A stretch of DNA of 41,179 bases from Candidatus Uhrbacteria bacterium CG22_combo_CG10-13_8_21_14_all_47_17 (GCA_002786495.1 PCSZ01000039.1:16163-57341), one strand, 5' to 3'. Positions 16,886 through 28,064 are shown, counted from the stretch's first letter. Program-made: numbers and translations. Notes: generated by a model not told the origin, from the sequence alone.

Positions 16886-16911
16886 GATCGAATCGTTATA
16901 CGTGCAAGGCA
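16886..16911. repeat. 3' arm of the pre-23S processing stem (inverted repeat partner of 20086-20111)
   Basis: GATCGAATCGTTATACGTGCAAGGCA is the reverse complement of 20086-20111 at 25/26 positions. Confidence 0.7.
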
Positions 16912-16971
16912 CTTTTCTTACATAGATTGCAAGACACGCCTTTACACGGCGCCATCCAGCAAGAGCCGGAT

Positions 16972-20008
<3,037 letters not shown>

Positions 20009-20085
20009 ATCCGGACCTCCTGCGATTGCAGGAAATGCGGACAGCACCAAAGGTGTGTACTTGCTATTGCTTAATGTAATGATTA

Positions 20086-20111
20086 TGCCTTGCACGTATA
20101 ACGTTTCGATC
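20086..20111. repeat. 5' arm of the pre-23S processing stem
   Basis: TGCCTTGCACGTATAACGTTTCGATC; complements 16886-16911 in the precursor RNA. Confidence 0.7.
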
Positions 20112-20401
20112 GTTATGCCGCGCATCTTCAATTGTGAAGTTGCACCTTGTCCGCTTCTGGAAGAACCGGTGAGTCGGACAAGGACGAAGTACGCTTCGGA
20201 AGCGTCACTCGTCCATGGCAAACTCGTGAAAACAAAAAGGGCTTGGTTTGGGGCCAAGTCCTTTCAGGGATCTGAAGATCTCTGATTAGCTTAGCCGTGA
20301 TGGCGAATCGATGTTCGCAAGATAGGAATAGCTCATTGAGAGTCTCCAGAGGTTCACATGCTTGAAGCATTAGTGAACGTGGTAAATTGAAGTGTCACAA
20401 T

Positions 20402-20428
20402 AGTATAGAAATCCAAAACCCTTGTCAA
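20402..20428 (-). promoter_or_regulatory. candidate promoter of the 23S-5S transcription unit
   Basis: Minus strand reads TTGACA (20423-20428) then TATACT/TACTAT after a 15-17 nt spacer; ~390 nt upstream of the mature 23S 5' end; no other gene on this strand in between. Confidence 0.4.
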
Positions 20429-20549
20429 GCGTTCGCAAATCATCGCAAATTTCCTAGAAATTCGCCCAAAATAAAGGGATCCGCCACAGCCAATTTTTCT
20501 TCACAATTCTCTAGTTTTTAGAAAAGTATGCACAGATGAAAAACAGCGC

Positions 20550-20578
20550 TGGACAACTTCATCCAGAGGCTGAAAAAT
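20550..20578 (+). promoter_or_regulatory. candidate rlmH promoter abutting the start codon
   Basis: TGGACA (20550-20555), 17-nt spacer, AAAAAT (20573-20578); ATG at 20585 (6 nt downstream); no Shine-Dalgarno. Confidence 0.45.
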
Positions 20579-20584
20579 AGACCC

Positions 20585-21058
20585 ATGAAAAGCTATGAAA
20601 TCCGCGCCATCGGAAAGACAACAGAAGCCTGGCAATCCGAAGCGATCAAGAGCTGGCTCACGCGACTCTCCCCTTATATAAAAACAAGCATCAAGGAACT
20701 CCCGGAAGGTCATGAAGGTTCCGTAAAACCCGACCTCGCAAAAACGCGAGCACGCGAAGCGGAAGTGCTTTTAAAAAAACTTCCCGAGCAAGCGTTCATC
20801 GTCGCACTTGATGAGACAGGAAAAAATATTTCTTCAGAAGCGCTCGCGCATGAACTGGAACAACAAACAGATAATGGAACCGCAATCGTTTTTCTCATCG
20901 GCGGCTCGTGGGGACTCGATGAATCGGTACGCCATCGCGCCAACCTTGTGCTATCGTTTGGAAAGCAAACGCTCCCACATAATCTCGTAAAGATTATTCT
21001 GCTCGAACAACTGTTTCGAACAGAGGCTATCTTGCGAGGAAAGACCTATCATAAATAA
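20585..21058 (+). CDS. rlmH: 23S rRNA (pseudouridine1915-N3)-methyltransferase RlmH (SPOUT)
   Basis: 157 aa; VALDETGKNISSEALA..IVFLIGGSWGLDESV..LSFGKQTLPHNLVKIILLEQLFR matches the RlmH pattern. Confidence 0.9.
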   Translation: MKSYEIRAIGKTTEAWQSEAIKSWLTRLSPYIKTSIKELPEGHEGSVKPDLAKTRAREAEVLLKKLPEQAFIVALDETGKNISSEALAHELEQQTDNGTAIVFLIGGSWGLDESVRHRANLVLSFGKQTLPHNLVKIILLEQLFRTEAILRGKTYHK

Positions 21059-21068
21059 TATCTTCCCA

Positions 21069-21097
21069 TTGACAAAACGCTTATTTTCTGATAATAT
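21069..21097 (+). promoter_or_regulatory. strong sigma70-like promoter of PP2C gene 1
   Basis: TTGACA (21069-21074), 17-nt spacer ending in TG, TAATAT (21092-21097); ATG at 21106 (8 nt downstream); no Shine-Dalgarno. Confidence 0.6.
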
Positions 21098-21105
21098 ATT
21101 CTGTT

Positions 21106-22500
21106 ATGCCACGATTTGAACCATCCCCGCTTGCCGATGCAAGCCCCGAAGAAATCAAGAAGGCCATCGATAAACTCGATCCGCCTCCAAATGAAAAAGC
21201 CAAGATTATTCGCTTGGAAGATTATCGGAAACAAAAAGAAGCTGCGAACGTAACAGAATTGTCCGAAGAAGACTTGGAAGAAATTCCGAATGGAGAGCTC
21301 GAATTATCCGAAGCGGACTTAGAAGAAGTCCCGGAAGAAGAAGAGTTCGCCTTATCCGAAGATGACCTGGAAGAAATGCCGGGCGGTATTCACAAAGCTG
21401 AATTGCATGCCATCGAATCCAAGGAAGGCAAATGGCGTTTCAAAATCGGTGCGGCTTCGGAAGCTTCGCCAGCACATCCCGACCGAAATGAAGACGCCTA
21501 TTACTATTCCGCAAAACGCGGCATTCAGTTTGTCGCCGATGGTATGGGCGGCGTCCCTGCCGGAGACCATGCATCCGCAGCGGCGGCCGAACAGCTTACG
21601 CGTATGCAAGTTGAATCCATGGCTCCCGTTACAAAGAAAGTGTATGAAGCCGACATGAACACGCCTCTTACAAAAGAGGAAGTTGAAACGGCAACGGGTG
21701 ATATTTTGCAACGCATGAATGATGCCGTGGAACGACTTGGTCAAGAAAACGAAACCGTCCAAGCAAAAGCGCGCGAATCTTTTAAAGAACAACTCGGGCA
21801 GGATTTTAATCCGTCAAAAGAAAGCCACAAGAAAGTGATGGATATTCTTCTGAAACAGATCGGATGTACAGCCTCACTTTCCAAGGTCTGGCGCAACACG
21901 GAAGGAAAAGAACAAATGACTATCGGCCAAGTCGGTGACAGTCGTATTTACCGATTGCGCAAAGGCAATCTCGAACGACTCACCCGCGAAGACTCCCATG
22001 TTCAAGTTTTGATTGATGAAGGAATCAAAGATAAAAACGGCGAGCCCGTTTTAGACGATGCGGACGTCACACGGGAAATTGATAAAAAAGATATTATTGC
22101 TCTGGCGGAAAAACGAAAGGAACTTGCGCCGCTTGTGATGAAGCTCGTGCGCAATCCGAATCAATATGTCACGCTCGACAGTTTTCGAAACATGATTACG
22201 CAAGGCATTGGCCTGCAAAAGATTATGAAAGAACAATTCGGCACCGAGTTTAAACCGCGCATTAAAACGGTTGAACTCGAAGATGGCGATCTCGTTCTTA
22301 CCGTCTCGGACGGTGTCGGTGATAACCTCACGGATGCGGAAATCCAAACCATTCTGGTACAGAATGAAAATGATCCGCTCAAAGCGGCTAAAGAACTTCA
22401 AACCATGGCGACCGAGCGCGCCATCCGAGGAAAAGATGGAAACGCGCGTGCAAAAATGGATGACGTTACTGCCATTGTCACTGCCTATAAAAAAGCCTAA
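21106..22500 (+). CDS. PP2C-family (PPM) Ser/Thr phosphatase with acidic repeat N-terminus (464 aa)
   Basis: RNEDAYY, FVADGMGGVPAGDHAS, GDSRIYRL, SDGVGDNLTD and DDVTAIV motifs; ~50-aa insertion between GDSR and SDG relative to compact bacterial PP2Cs. Confidence 0.9.
   Translation: MPRFEPSPLADASPEEIKKAIDKLDPPPNEKAKIIRLEDYRKQKEAANVTELSEEDLEEIPNGELELSEADLEEVPEEEEFALSEDDLEEMPGGIHKAELHAIESKEGKWRFKIGAASEASPAHPDRNEDAYYYSAKRGIQFVADGMGGVPAGDHASAAAAEQLTRMQVESMAPVTKKVYEADMNTPLTKEEVETATGDILQRMNDAVERLGQENETVQAKARESFKEQLGQDFNPSKESHKKVMDILLKQIGCTASLSKVWRNTEGKEQMTIGQVGDSRIYRLRKGNLERLTREDSHVQVLIDEGIKDKNGEPVLDDADVTREIDKKDIIALAEKRKELAPLVMKLVRNPNQYVTLDSFRNMITQGIGLQKIMKEQFGTEFKPRIKTVELEDGDLVLTVSDGVGDNLTDAEIQTILVQNENDPLKAAKELQTMATERAIRGKDGNARAKMDDVTAIVTAYKKA
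21259..21380 (+). repeat. three 30-nt in-frame direct repeats encoding LSE(E/A/D)DLEE(I/V/M)P
   Basis: TTGTCCGAAGAAGACTTGGAAGAAATTCCG (21259-21288), TTATCCGAAGCGGACTTAGAAGAAGTCCCG (21304-21333), TTATCCGAAGATGACCTGGAAGAAATGCCG (21351-21380). Confidence 0.8.
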
Positions 22501-22521
22501 ATAAAAAGGAGAATAAAAAAA

Positions 22522-22553
22522 CACGCCGCGAGAGAAATCTCGGGGCGCGTTTT
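22522..22553. terminator. imperfect hairpin terminator between convergent genes
   Basis: CGCCGCGAGA-GAAA-TCTCGGGGCG followed by TTTT. Confidence 0.5.
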
Positions 22554-22578
22554 AAAAGAAGAGGGAGCTCTTGGAGCG

Positions 22579-23016
22579 CTAGCTCTCGTCATGCGCTTCA
22601 TTGAGGCGTAGGACGGGCACACTCCCAGAATTGTCAAAGACTTGTCCCGCCTGGCTGAAGGAAAAATGAATGGTGCGACTGTTTGCGAAACCACGCAAAG
22701 CTGAAAGCGTAAGTTTGCTGGGGATGACCGCGGGGTCTTCCCTAACCGGCTGCAGGATGGCCGTGAATTGCGAGCCTTCACGATCCTTCCAGTACGTTTG
22801 GAAAGCCACGGTCTTGTTCTCATGCGTGAGGTAAACCGTGAGGTCATCCATAACGATGTCGCCGGGAAGACTCTGCAGTTTCCCGGGCTTGATGTGAAGT
22901 CGAAGAACGAGCCGATGCTCGCCGTCATGACGACGTTCTCTATCACAACGAACGCTCGCGCGCGCGATGCTGAGGAGAACGCGCTTTTTCCAACCTAATC
23001 GAATGTCCACTACCAT
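22579..23016 (-). CDS. hypothetical protein (145 aa), predicted beta-rich, no family recognised
   Basis: GGGAG 8 nt upstream of the ATG; preferred over the overlapping R/S/P-rich frame 22497-22946. Confidence 0.62.
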   Translation of the reverse strand: MVVDIRLGWKKRVLLSIARASVRCDRERRHDGEHRLVLRLHIKPGKLQSLPGDIVMDDLTVYLTHENKTVAFQTYWKDREGSQFTAILQPVREDPAVIPSKLTLSALRGFANSRTIHFSFSQAGQVFDNSGSVPVLRLNEAHDES

Positions 23017-23138
23017 GTGTTTTCTCCCTTCATGGTACTTAGAGTCCTAGCAAGTTTTTCGGCTTTTGTCAATGGATACCTCGCGGGATGATTTCCATCG
23101 TGTTACAATATGTTTGTAAATTTTTCACGTCCCTTATT

Positions 23139-23480
23139 ATGCCCCCAAGAAAAACAAAAACGAAAAAAAAACCAACCATCCAAGAAGAAGCTGTAAAGTT
23201 TTGTCCGCCCGTTAAAGACGGATACGGTGCCCACTGGCATGTTGTAATCTGGATCATTGTCCTGGCCGTTTTACTTTCCTCTGTCACAATGATCTACGCG
23301 ACATTCGCGTTCACAACGCGCATTTCAAATACGGAATCGCTCAATGCAAATACGCAGCTGCAAAGCAGATTGCAGAATGTAAATGATCGGCTCGATCTCA
23401 TGGAAGGAGAGCTACAAAATCTCCGAACGGATCTCAAACCTGCAGAGGCGCCCACGGTGAACGCAACAAGCACACAATAA
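23139..23480 (+). CDS. hypothetical bitopic membrane protein with short coiled coil (113 aa)
   Basis: Lys-rich N-terminus, TM helix VVIWIIVLAVLLSSVTMIYATFAF, then heptad-like LQSRLQNVNDRLDLMEGELQNLRTDL; TGtTACAAT extended -10 at 23101-23109. Confidence 0.6.
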   Translation: MPPRKTKTKKKPTIQEEAVKFCPPVKDGYGAHWHVVIWIIVLAVLLSSVTMIYATFAFTTRISNTESLNANTQLQSRLQNVNDRLDLMEGELQNLRTDLKPAEAPTVNATSTQ

Positions 23481-23519
23481 AAAAAATCCTCCCGCCTCGA
23501 GAAAAGGCGGGAGTTTTTT
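23480..23519. terminator. bidirectional rho-independent terminator
   Basis: A-run, CTCCCGCC (23489-23496) / GGCGGGAG (23506-23513), T-run. Confidence 0.75.
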
Positions 23520-23934
23520 ACGCAGGACAGTCGTCTTGCGGATCAGAGTCGGATAGAGCTTCCTCCGCCACACAAAATTGATTGGGAATAGCTTGTGCGA
23601 AGCTGCCTGCGACAAGAAGGAATTCCTTGATAGGGACAAGCTCATCCGCCACCTCCGTTTGAAACACAGGAGGACAGGGAGAGACAATGGCTCGGAGAAC
23701 GTTTCCACCCAGATCCGTCCAATGCAGATCAAGCGGGAGAAACATGGGCTTTTTCAGATGCCGCGCTCTAATATGAAGCGAGGTGCGGATCCAATAAGGA
23801 GGAATGGAGCGCTCGCGCTGGAGATAGATTTCCAGCTCCTGTTTTGCGCTGCTATAGCGCGGCCACATGCGCTCAATGCCCTGAAGAAATTCGAGATGTT
23901 TGTGTACAAAGAGGTCAATTGGCTCCTCTGTCAT
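23518..23934 (-). CDS. hypothetical protein (138 aa), no family recognised
   Basis: AAGGAG 7 nt upstream of the ATG; divergent from PP2C gene 2. Confidence 0.62.
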   Translation of the reverse strand: MTEEPIDLFVHKHLEFLQGIERMWPRYSSAKQELEIYLQRERSIPPYWIRTSLHIRARHLKKPMFLPLDLHWTDLGGNVLRAIVSPCPPVFQTEVADELVPIKEFLLVAGSFAQAIPNQFCVAEEALSDSDPQDDCPA

Positions 23935-24000
23935 AAAGGGCTCCTTTCTCTATCTGCCTATATGATTTTGCGCTCCTTGTCAAGGTATACGCATACATTC

Positions 24001-25044
24001 ATGTTATCATCGAAGCGTATGGAAATGAATCCTTTTGAAGGCTGGCATTCCACTCCCGCGCCGCATCAAAAACCAGAAGCGCTCACATTCGAGCGCGTGG
24101 AAAGTCCTTTTCTGGAAGTAGGTTTTGCAACACGCGGAAAGGGAGGACGGTTACGCAATGAAGACACTGCCTACTATGACATGGATCGAGGAATCTTTTG
24201 CGTAGCCGACGGCGTGGGCGGATCTGTGCGCGGAGATCTTGCATCAAAAGCTGTCGCGGAATCCCTCCAAAAAAGCGCAATCCTCGCTGAGTCCAATGAT
24301 CAACTTCGTGAAGTATTCAGTGAAAAGGAGGAAGCGCCACTCCAACAAGAGGATGTTGAAACTGCTATACGCGTACTCGCCAGCATGTCTATTTATAGAC
24401 GTGTACAAGCGCTCAAAGGAGCCGACACAACACTCTCGCTCGGGAAGTTCTGGGAAGATGCGCGTGGGCAAGAAAAAGTGAGCATCGTGAATATTGGAGA
24501 CAGTCGAATCTATCGGCTGCGCGCCGGAGCCTTAGAACAGCTCAGTAAAGACGACTCCATTGTTCAGATGTTTATCGAACATGAAGTACCCGATGCGGAT
24601 GGAATTCCAATTATGGATGCGGAAGATATTTCCCGTTCCGTCCGAGTATCAACGCTAAAACAATATGCAAAGAAAGATAAATATTTTCTAAGCATGGTCG
24701 CCTTCGCTGACAAAGTCGCAAAAGAAGAAAACCGAAAAGTCGACCAGCTCACACTGGAAGAAGTGCGGCATTTTGTCTTAAATACCGTACTTATTTCCAG
24801 CCATCCTAATCCACAAACCTTTGATGTAAATCGCGGTGATGTTTTTCTCGCTATGAGTGATGGAATTCATGATAATCTCACGGATGAACAAATCGAAGCC
24901 ATCACAAGAAAATACGAAGACGACCCGGAACGAGCCGCCCAGGAACTCACAAGAGCAGCTCTCGCTGTTTCAGAGGAAGACGACGATATCCGTTCAAAGC
25001 CGGACGACATGACCGTGCTTGTGATAAAAACAAAAAAAACCTAA
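24001..25044 (+). CDS. PP2C-family Ser/Thr phosphatase, paralog 2 (~347 aa)
   Basis: RNEDTAYY, FCVADGVGGSVRGDLAS, GDSRIYRL, MSDGIHDNLTD and DDMTVLV. The ORF-track start at 23578 is rejected because it overlaps the SD-preceded minus-strand gene; the ATGs at 24019 and 24025 are alternative starts. Confidence 0.85.
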   Translation: MLSSKRMEMNPFEGWHSTPAPHQKPEALTFERVESPFLEVGFATRGKGGRLRNEDTAYYDMDRGIFCVADGVGGSVRGDLASKAVAESLQKSAILAESNDQLREVFSEKEEAPLQQEDVETAIRVLASMSIYRRVQALKGADTTLSLGKFWEDARGQEKVSIVNIGDSRIYRLRAGALEQLSKDDSIVQMFIEHEVPDADGIPIMDAEDISRSVRVSTLKQYAKKDKYFLSMVAFADKVAKEENRKVDQLTLEEVRHFVLNTVLISSHPNPQTFDVNRGDVFLAMSDGIHDNLTDEQIEAITRKYEDDPERAAQELTRAALAVSEEDDDIRSKPDDMTVLVIKTKKT

Positions 25045-25045
25045 C

Positions 25046-25074
25046 AAAAAAGAGCGCCGGGGCGCTCTTTTTTG
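25046..25074. terminator. rho-independent terminator
   Basis: AAAAAAGAGCGCC-GG-GGCGCTCTTTTTT. Confidence 0.75.
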
Positions 25075-25090
25075 AATCGTTATAAACGTA

Positions 25091-25177
25091 TGGTGGGCAA
25101 GGTGGGACTTGAACCCACAATCCTTTTCAGGAACTAGGTCCTAAGCCTAGCGCGTATGCCAATTCCGCCACTTGCCC
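25091..25177 (-). tRNA. tRNA-Leu (anticodon UAG), type II long variable arm, CCA encoded
   Basis: Minus strand: GGGCAAG-TG-GCGGAATTGGCATACGCG-CTAGG-CTTAGGA-CCTAG-variable arm TTCCTGAAAAGGATT-GTGGGTTCAAGTCCCAC-CTTGCCC-A-CCA. Confidence 0.9.
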
Positions 25178-25244
25178 ATCATGCATATACAACTTTGTGC
25201 GAGCTGGAGCGTATCTTAGTTTTGAGATTTTTTCAATCCCAGAG

Positions 25245-25826
25245 CTACTGAATATTCGCTACAGCAAACACAGTTTGAAACGGCTCCGAAAAAATAACAA
25301 TGGACTTTGTTTGGTTTATATCAAAGCCTTCAGGCAAATCATATGTCTGAATACCAGACGAAGCCTTGAGCTCTCCGAGTCGAACTGCGCCGTTTTGCTC
25401 AAGCGCTTTTTTATCGCTTGGACTCAAACCGTTGCTAGCCGAAACAACAAGCCGCGGTCCGGCCGCCACGGAAAAATCTTCCGAAAAAACCACTTGATAA
25501 TGCATATCATTCTTCACGATCTTTGCGCTCCCATCTGCGGAAAAGGCATTCATTCCCTGAAAATCGGCAAAACGCTCAATACGCCCCGCTTTCATAAGAT
25601 TAATCGAGTGCATTAATTCCTGATAACGTTCATCCTCCGATAGGCTCTTCGGCGGATCTTTTTCGAGCATCGTCTGCATATTTGCATGTATATCCTCAGG
25701 GGTCATTTGCTCCAGCTGAGCAGCTGTCGGTACTTCTCCTGGAGTGTAAGGAGGCACCGTGGAACAACCACTTCCTAGAAGGACAAGAACGAAGAAACCG
25801 GAGCCCAGAGAGCGCAGTATTTTCAT
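25245..25826 (-). CDS. DM13-domain lipoprotein (193 aa)
   Basis: Lipobox LLGSGC; C-terminal GSAKIVKN..FSVAAGPRLVV..LGELKASSGIQTYDLP..SIVIFSEPFQTVFAVA resembles the DM13 pattern. Confidence 0.7.
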   Translation of the reverse strand: MKILRSLGSGFFVLVLLGSGCSTVPPYTPGEVPTAAQLEQMTPEDIHANMQTMLEKDPPKSLSEDERYQELMHSINLMKAGRIERFADFQGMNAFSADGSAKIVKNDMHYQVVFSEDFSVAAGPRLVVSASNGLSPSDKKALEQNGAVRLGELKASSGIQTYDLPEGFDINQTKSIVIFSEPFQTVFAVANIQ

Positions 25827-25937
25827 GTCATAAGCTTATCAGAAAAGCTGAAGTCAGTGTAGAAAATATTATCTGCCATGGATTGACAAAATCGCATCTT
25901 TGTGCTACGGTTGGCTTTAAGCTACATAATATATTCT

Positions 25938-27452
25938 ATGCGCAAAACTCTCATTTCCCTACTCACATTCGCGCTTATTGCCTCCCCGCTTATGGGTCTT
26001 GGCAATACTGCGAAAGCTGCAACAACAAACACCGCCGTTCGCGGTGAAAGCGCCTTAACGGTGTATTGGTATGCTCCGGACGGAAAACGCTATACCTTTC
26101 CGAATGCAAGCACCTATTTCACCTGGTTCCCATCATTTGACACCGTCACAAATATCTCGGATGCTGATCTCCAGGCCATTCCGCTTGGCAATCAGAACGT
26201 GACCTATCGCCCGGGTGCGAAGTTGGTCAAAGTTCAAACAGATCCGAAAGTCTATGCTGTTTCAAAAAACGCCTTACTTCGCCACGTGACCAGCGAATCG
26301 CTTGCACATGATTTGTACGGTGCCGACTGGCGCCTTCAGGTAAAAGATATCCCTGACACATTCTTCACGAACTACACAGTTGGTACACCAATTTACTCCG
26401 CATCTGATTACAATGTCAGCAATGAATACAATGGCGTTACCTATCCGCATGAATCGTTGAAAACGGCGACGACTGGAAGCACGAATCAAAGTGGCGCGCT
26501 TACGCTGAGCGCGGATCGAACATCCATAAACTCAGGCGAAGCCGTGACACTTACAGCTAATTATAATGGAACGCTTCCGGCCAACGGACGTATTGAAATT
26601 AAAGAAGTTCGCACGGGTAACATTGTCCAAACTTGCTACAGCGGTTCTTGTTTGATCACGGTCAACCCAATACAACAGAGCGGTTATGATTCCCTTCAAT
26701 ACATGGCGACCGTTAAAGATCAGTATGAGAGCCAACTCGTAACACAGTATTCGCCGGTTGTGTCTTTCAACACAACGGCACAAAATACAGCGTCTAACGA
26801 CGGCATGAACTACGTTAACGGTCTCACGCTTCAGGTGGATCAAACATCCATTGCTTCCGGTGATAGAATTAAACTCACCGCTAATGCGTTTAACGCAGGT
26901 AACTGGAATTACATAGGTAACCGTATTGAGATTCGCGATCTTCGCAATGGCTCAATCGTACAGACCTGCAATGACCAAAGCTGGTGCGTTGCTAATATCG
27001 CGGTAAATACGCTAGGCAGCGAAACCCAGGCGCAGTTTGAAGCGCACATCTACGATCGCAATGGAGCCTTCTTGATGAGCCAGATCGGCCCCGTGATTTA
27101 CCTCACGAGCACCGGTTCAACCGGCACATCTTCAACCGGTAGCACGACGGATACGCTCACAGGAAATGCGAATGTTGAATTCAACCCAAATTCGAACTTG
27201 CGCACAAATGGGACTGTCTACATCTCCGCAAATGTATTGAGCACAAATGCTCGTACGGCTGATCTCGTAACGCGTATCTATGACGAACGTACGAGCTCTC
27301 CGATTGCGACTTGTTACGGCGCCATGACTTGTACTGCAAGTTATTTCACCGGCACGAGCCCAATCAACACGCATATCTATGCGACCGTGACCTCGGTTTC
27401 AAACCCGGGATCCATTGAAACCTCGCATTATCAGTTAACAACCACAAACTAA
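25938..27452 (+). CDS. secreted protein with three Cys-pair-containing ~95-aa repeats (504 aa)
   Basis: Signal peptide MRKTLISLLTFALIASPLMGLGNTAKA; repeats around LTLSADRTSINSGEAVTLTAN..RIEIKEVRTGNIVQTCYSGSC, LTLQVDQTSIASGDRIKLTAN..RIEIRDLRNGSIVQTCNDQSWC and VYISANV..RIYDERTSSPIATCYGAMTC. Confidence 0.72.
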   Translation: MRKTLISLLTFALIASPLMGLGNTAKAATTNTAVRGESALTVYWYAPDGKRYTFPNASTYFTWFPSFDTVTNISDADLQAIPLGNQNVTYRPGAKLVKVQTDPKVYAVSKNALLRHVTSESLAHDLYGADWRLQVKDIPDTFFTNYTVGTPIYSASDYNVSNEYNGVTYPHESLKTATTGSTNQSGALTLSADRTSINSGEAVTLTANYNGTLPANGRIEIKEVRTGNIVQTCYSGSCLITVNPIQQSGYDSLQYMATVKDQYESQLVTQYSPVVSFNTTAQNTASNDGMNYVNGLTLQVDQTSIASGDRIKLTANAFNAGNWNYIGNRIEIRDLRNGSIVQTCNDQSWCVANIAVNTLGSETQAQFEAHIYDRNGAFLMSQIGPVIYLTSTGSTGTSSTGSTTDTLTGNANVEFNPNSNLRTNGTVYISANVLSTNARTADLVTRIYDERTSSPIATCYGAMTCTASYFTGTSPINTHIYATVTSVSNPGSIETSHYQLTTTN

Positions 27453-27466
27453 AAACAAACTAAATT

Positions 27467-27497
27467 AAAAACCCCCGCCATTCGGCGGGGGTTTTTG
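27467..27497. terminator. bidirectional rho-independent terminator
   Basis: AAAAACCCCCGCC-ATTC-GGCGGGGGTTTTT. Confidence 0.8.
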
Positions 27498-28064
27498 TTA
27501 TTTTGCGCGTTCCACGTACTCCCCTGTTTCTGTATTAACGATGATTTCTTCCCCCGCTTTGATAAACATCGGAGCGCGGATTTTTAAGTCGCCTTCAAGC
27601 GTAACTTCTTTTGTCATGTTTCCTCCACTCGCAGTATTTCCCGCGACAACTTCCGGCGCTTCAATAACTTTGAACGCCATCTTTTTTGGAAGCTCGACAG
27701 CAAGAGGCTTACCTTCATAAGCGGTGATATGGACTTCCAAACCTTCGCGAAGATACTTCCCCTGCTCACCTACATCTTCTTCCGACATGGTGGCCTGCTC
27801 ATAGTTTTCATTATCCATGAACGTGTACCCACTCTGATCTTTGTATAAAAACTGCATGCGCCGATGATCCACGGCTACAAGATCAATCGTCTCGGCAGAC
27901 TTAAACGTACGCTCAAGAACTTTGCCAGATTGAATATTTTTCATCCGCGTACGAACGAATGAGCCGCCTTTCCCCGGGTTCACGTGCTGGAATTCAGACA
28001 CAACCCAGAGGCCCTGCGCGTCTTGAATTACGACGTTCTTTTTAATTTCATTTGGTGAAGCCAT
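27498..28064 (-). CDS. efp: translation elongation factor P
   Basis: 188 aa; VVSEFQHVNPGKGGSFVRTRMKNIQSGKV with the conserved PGKG loop lysine. Confidence 0.95.
   Translation of the reverse strand: MASPNEIKKNVVIQDAQGLWVVSEFQHVNPGKGGSFVRTRMKNIQSGKVLERTFKSAETIDLVAVDHRRMQFLYKDQSGYTFMDNENYEQATMSEEDVGEQGKYLREGLEVHITAYEGKPLAVELPKKMAFKVIEAPEVVAGNTASGGNMTKEVTLEGDLKIRAPMFIKAGEEIIVNTETGEYVERAK

Noticed and set aside
22497-22946. 149-aa minus-strand ORF overlapping 22579-23016 in another frame
   Set aside because: It has an Arg/Ser/Pro-rich composition and no Shine-Dalgarno, and it runs through the terminator hairpin. The 145-aa frame has a GGGAG SD and protein-like composition.
22579-23016. PilZ (c-di-GMP receptor) assignment for the 145-aa protein, based on RERRHDGEHR resembling RxxxR
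   Set aside because: The second PilZ motif (D/N-x-S-x-x-G) is absent at the expected spacing. The match is too weak to claim.
23578-24000. N-terminal 141-aa extension of PP2C-2 given by the ORF track (488-aa ORF)
   Set aside because: The extension overlaps almost the whole SD-preceded minus-strand gene 23518-23934 and has no PP2C-like or other sensible sequence. Phosphatase homology begins after the ATG at 24001.
25091-25177. tRNA-Leu as an integration site for a genomic island (the PP2C cluster on one side, the DM13/secreted protein pair on the other)
   Set aside because: I saw no integrase or recombinase gene and no direct repeat of the tRNA 3' end anywhere in the window. The flanking genes are bounded by ordinary terminators.
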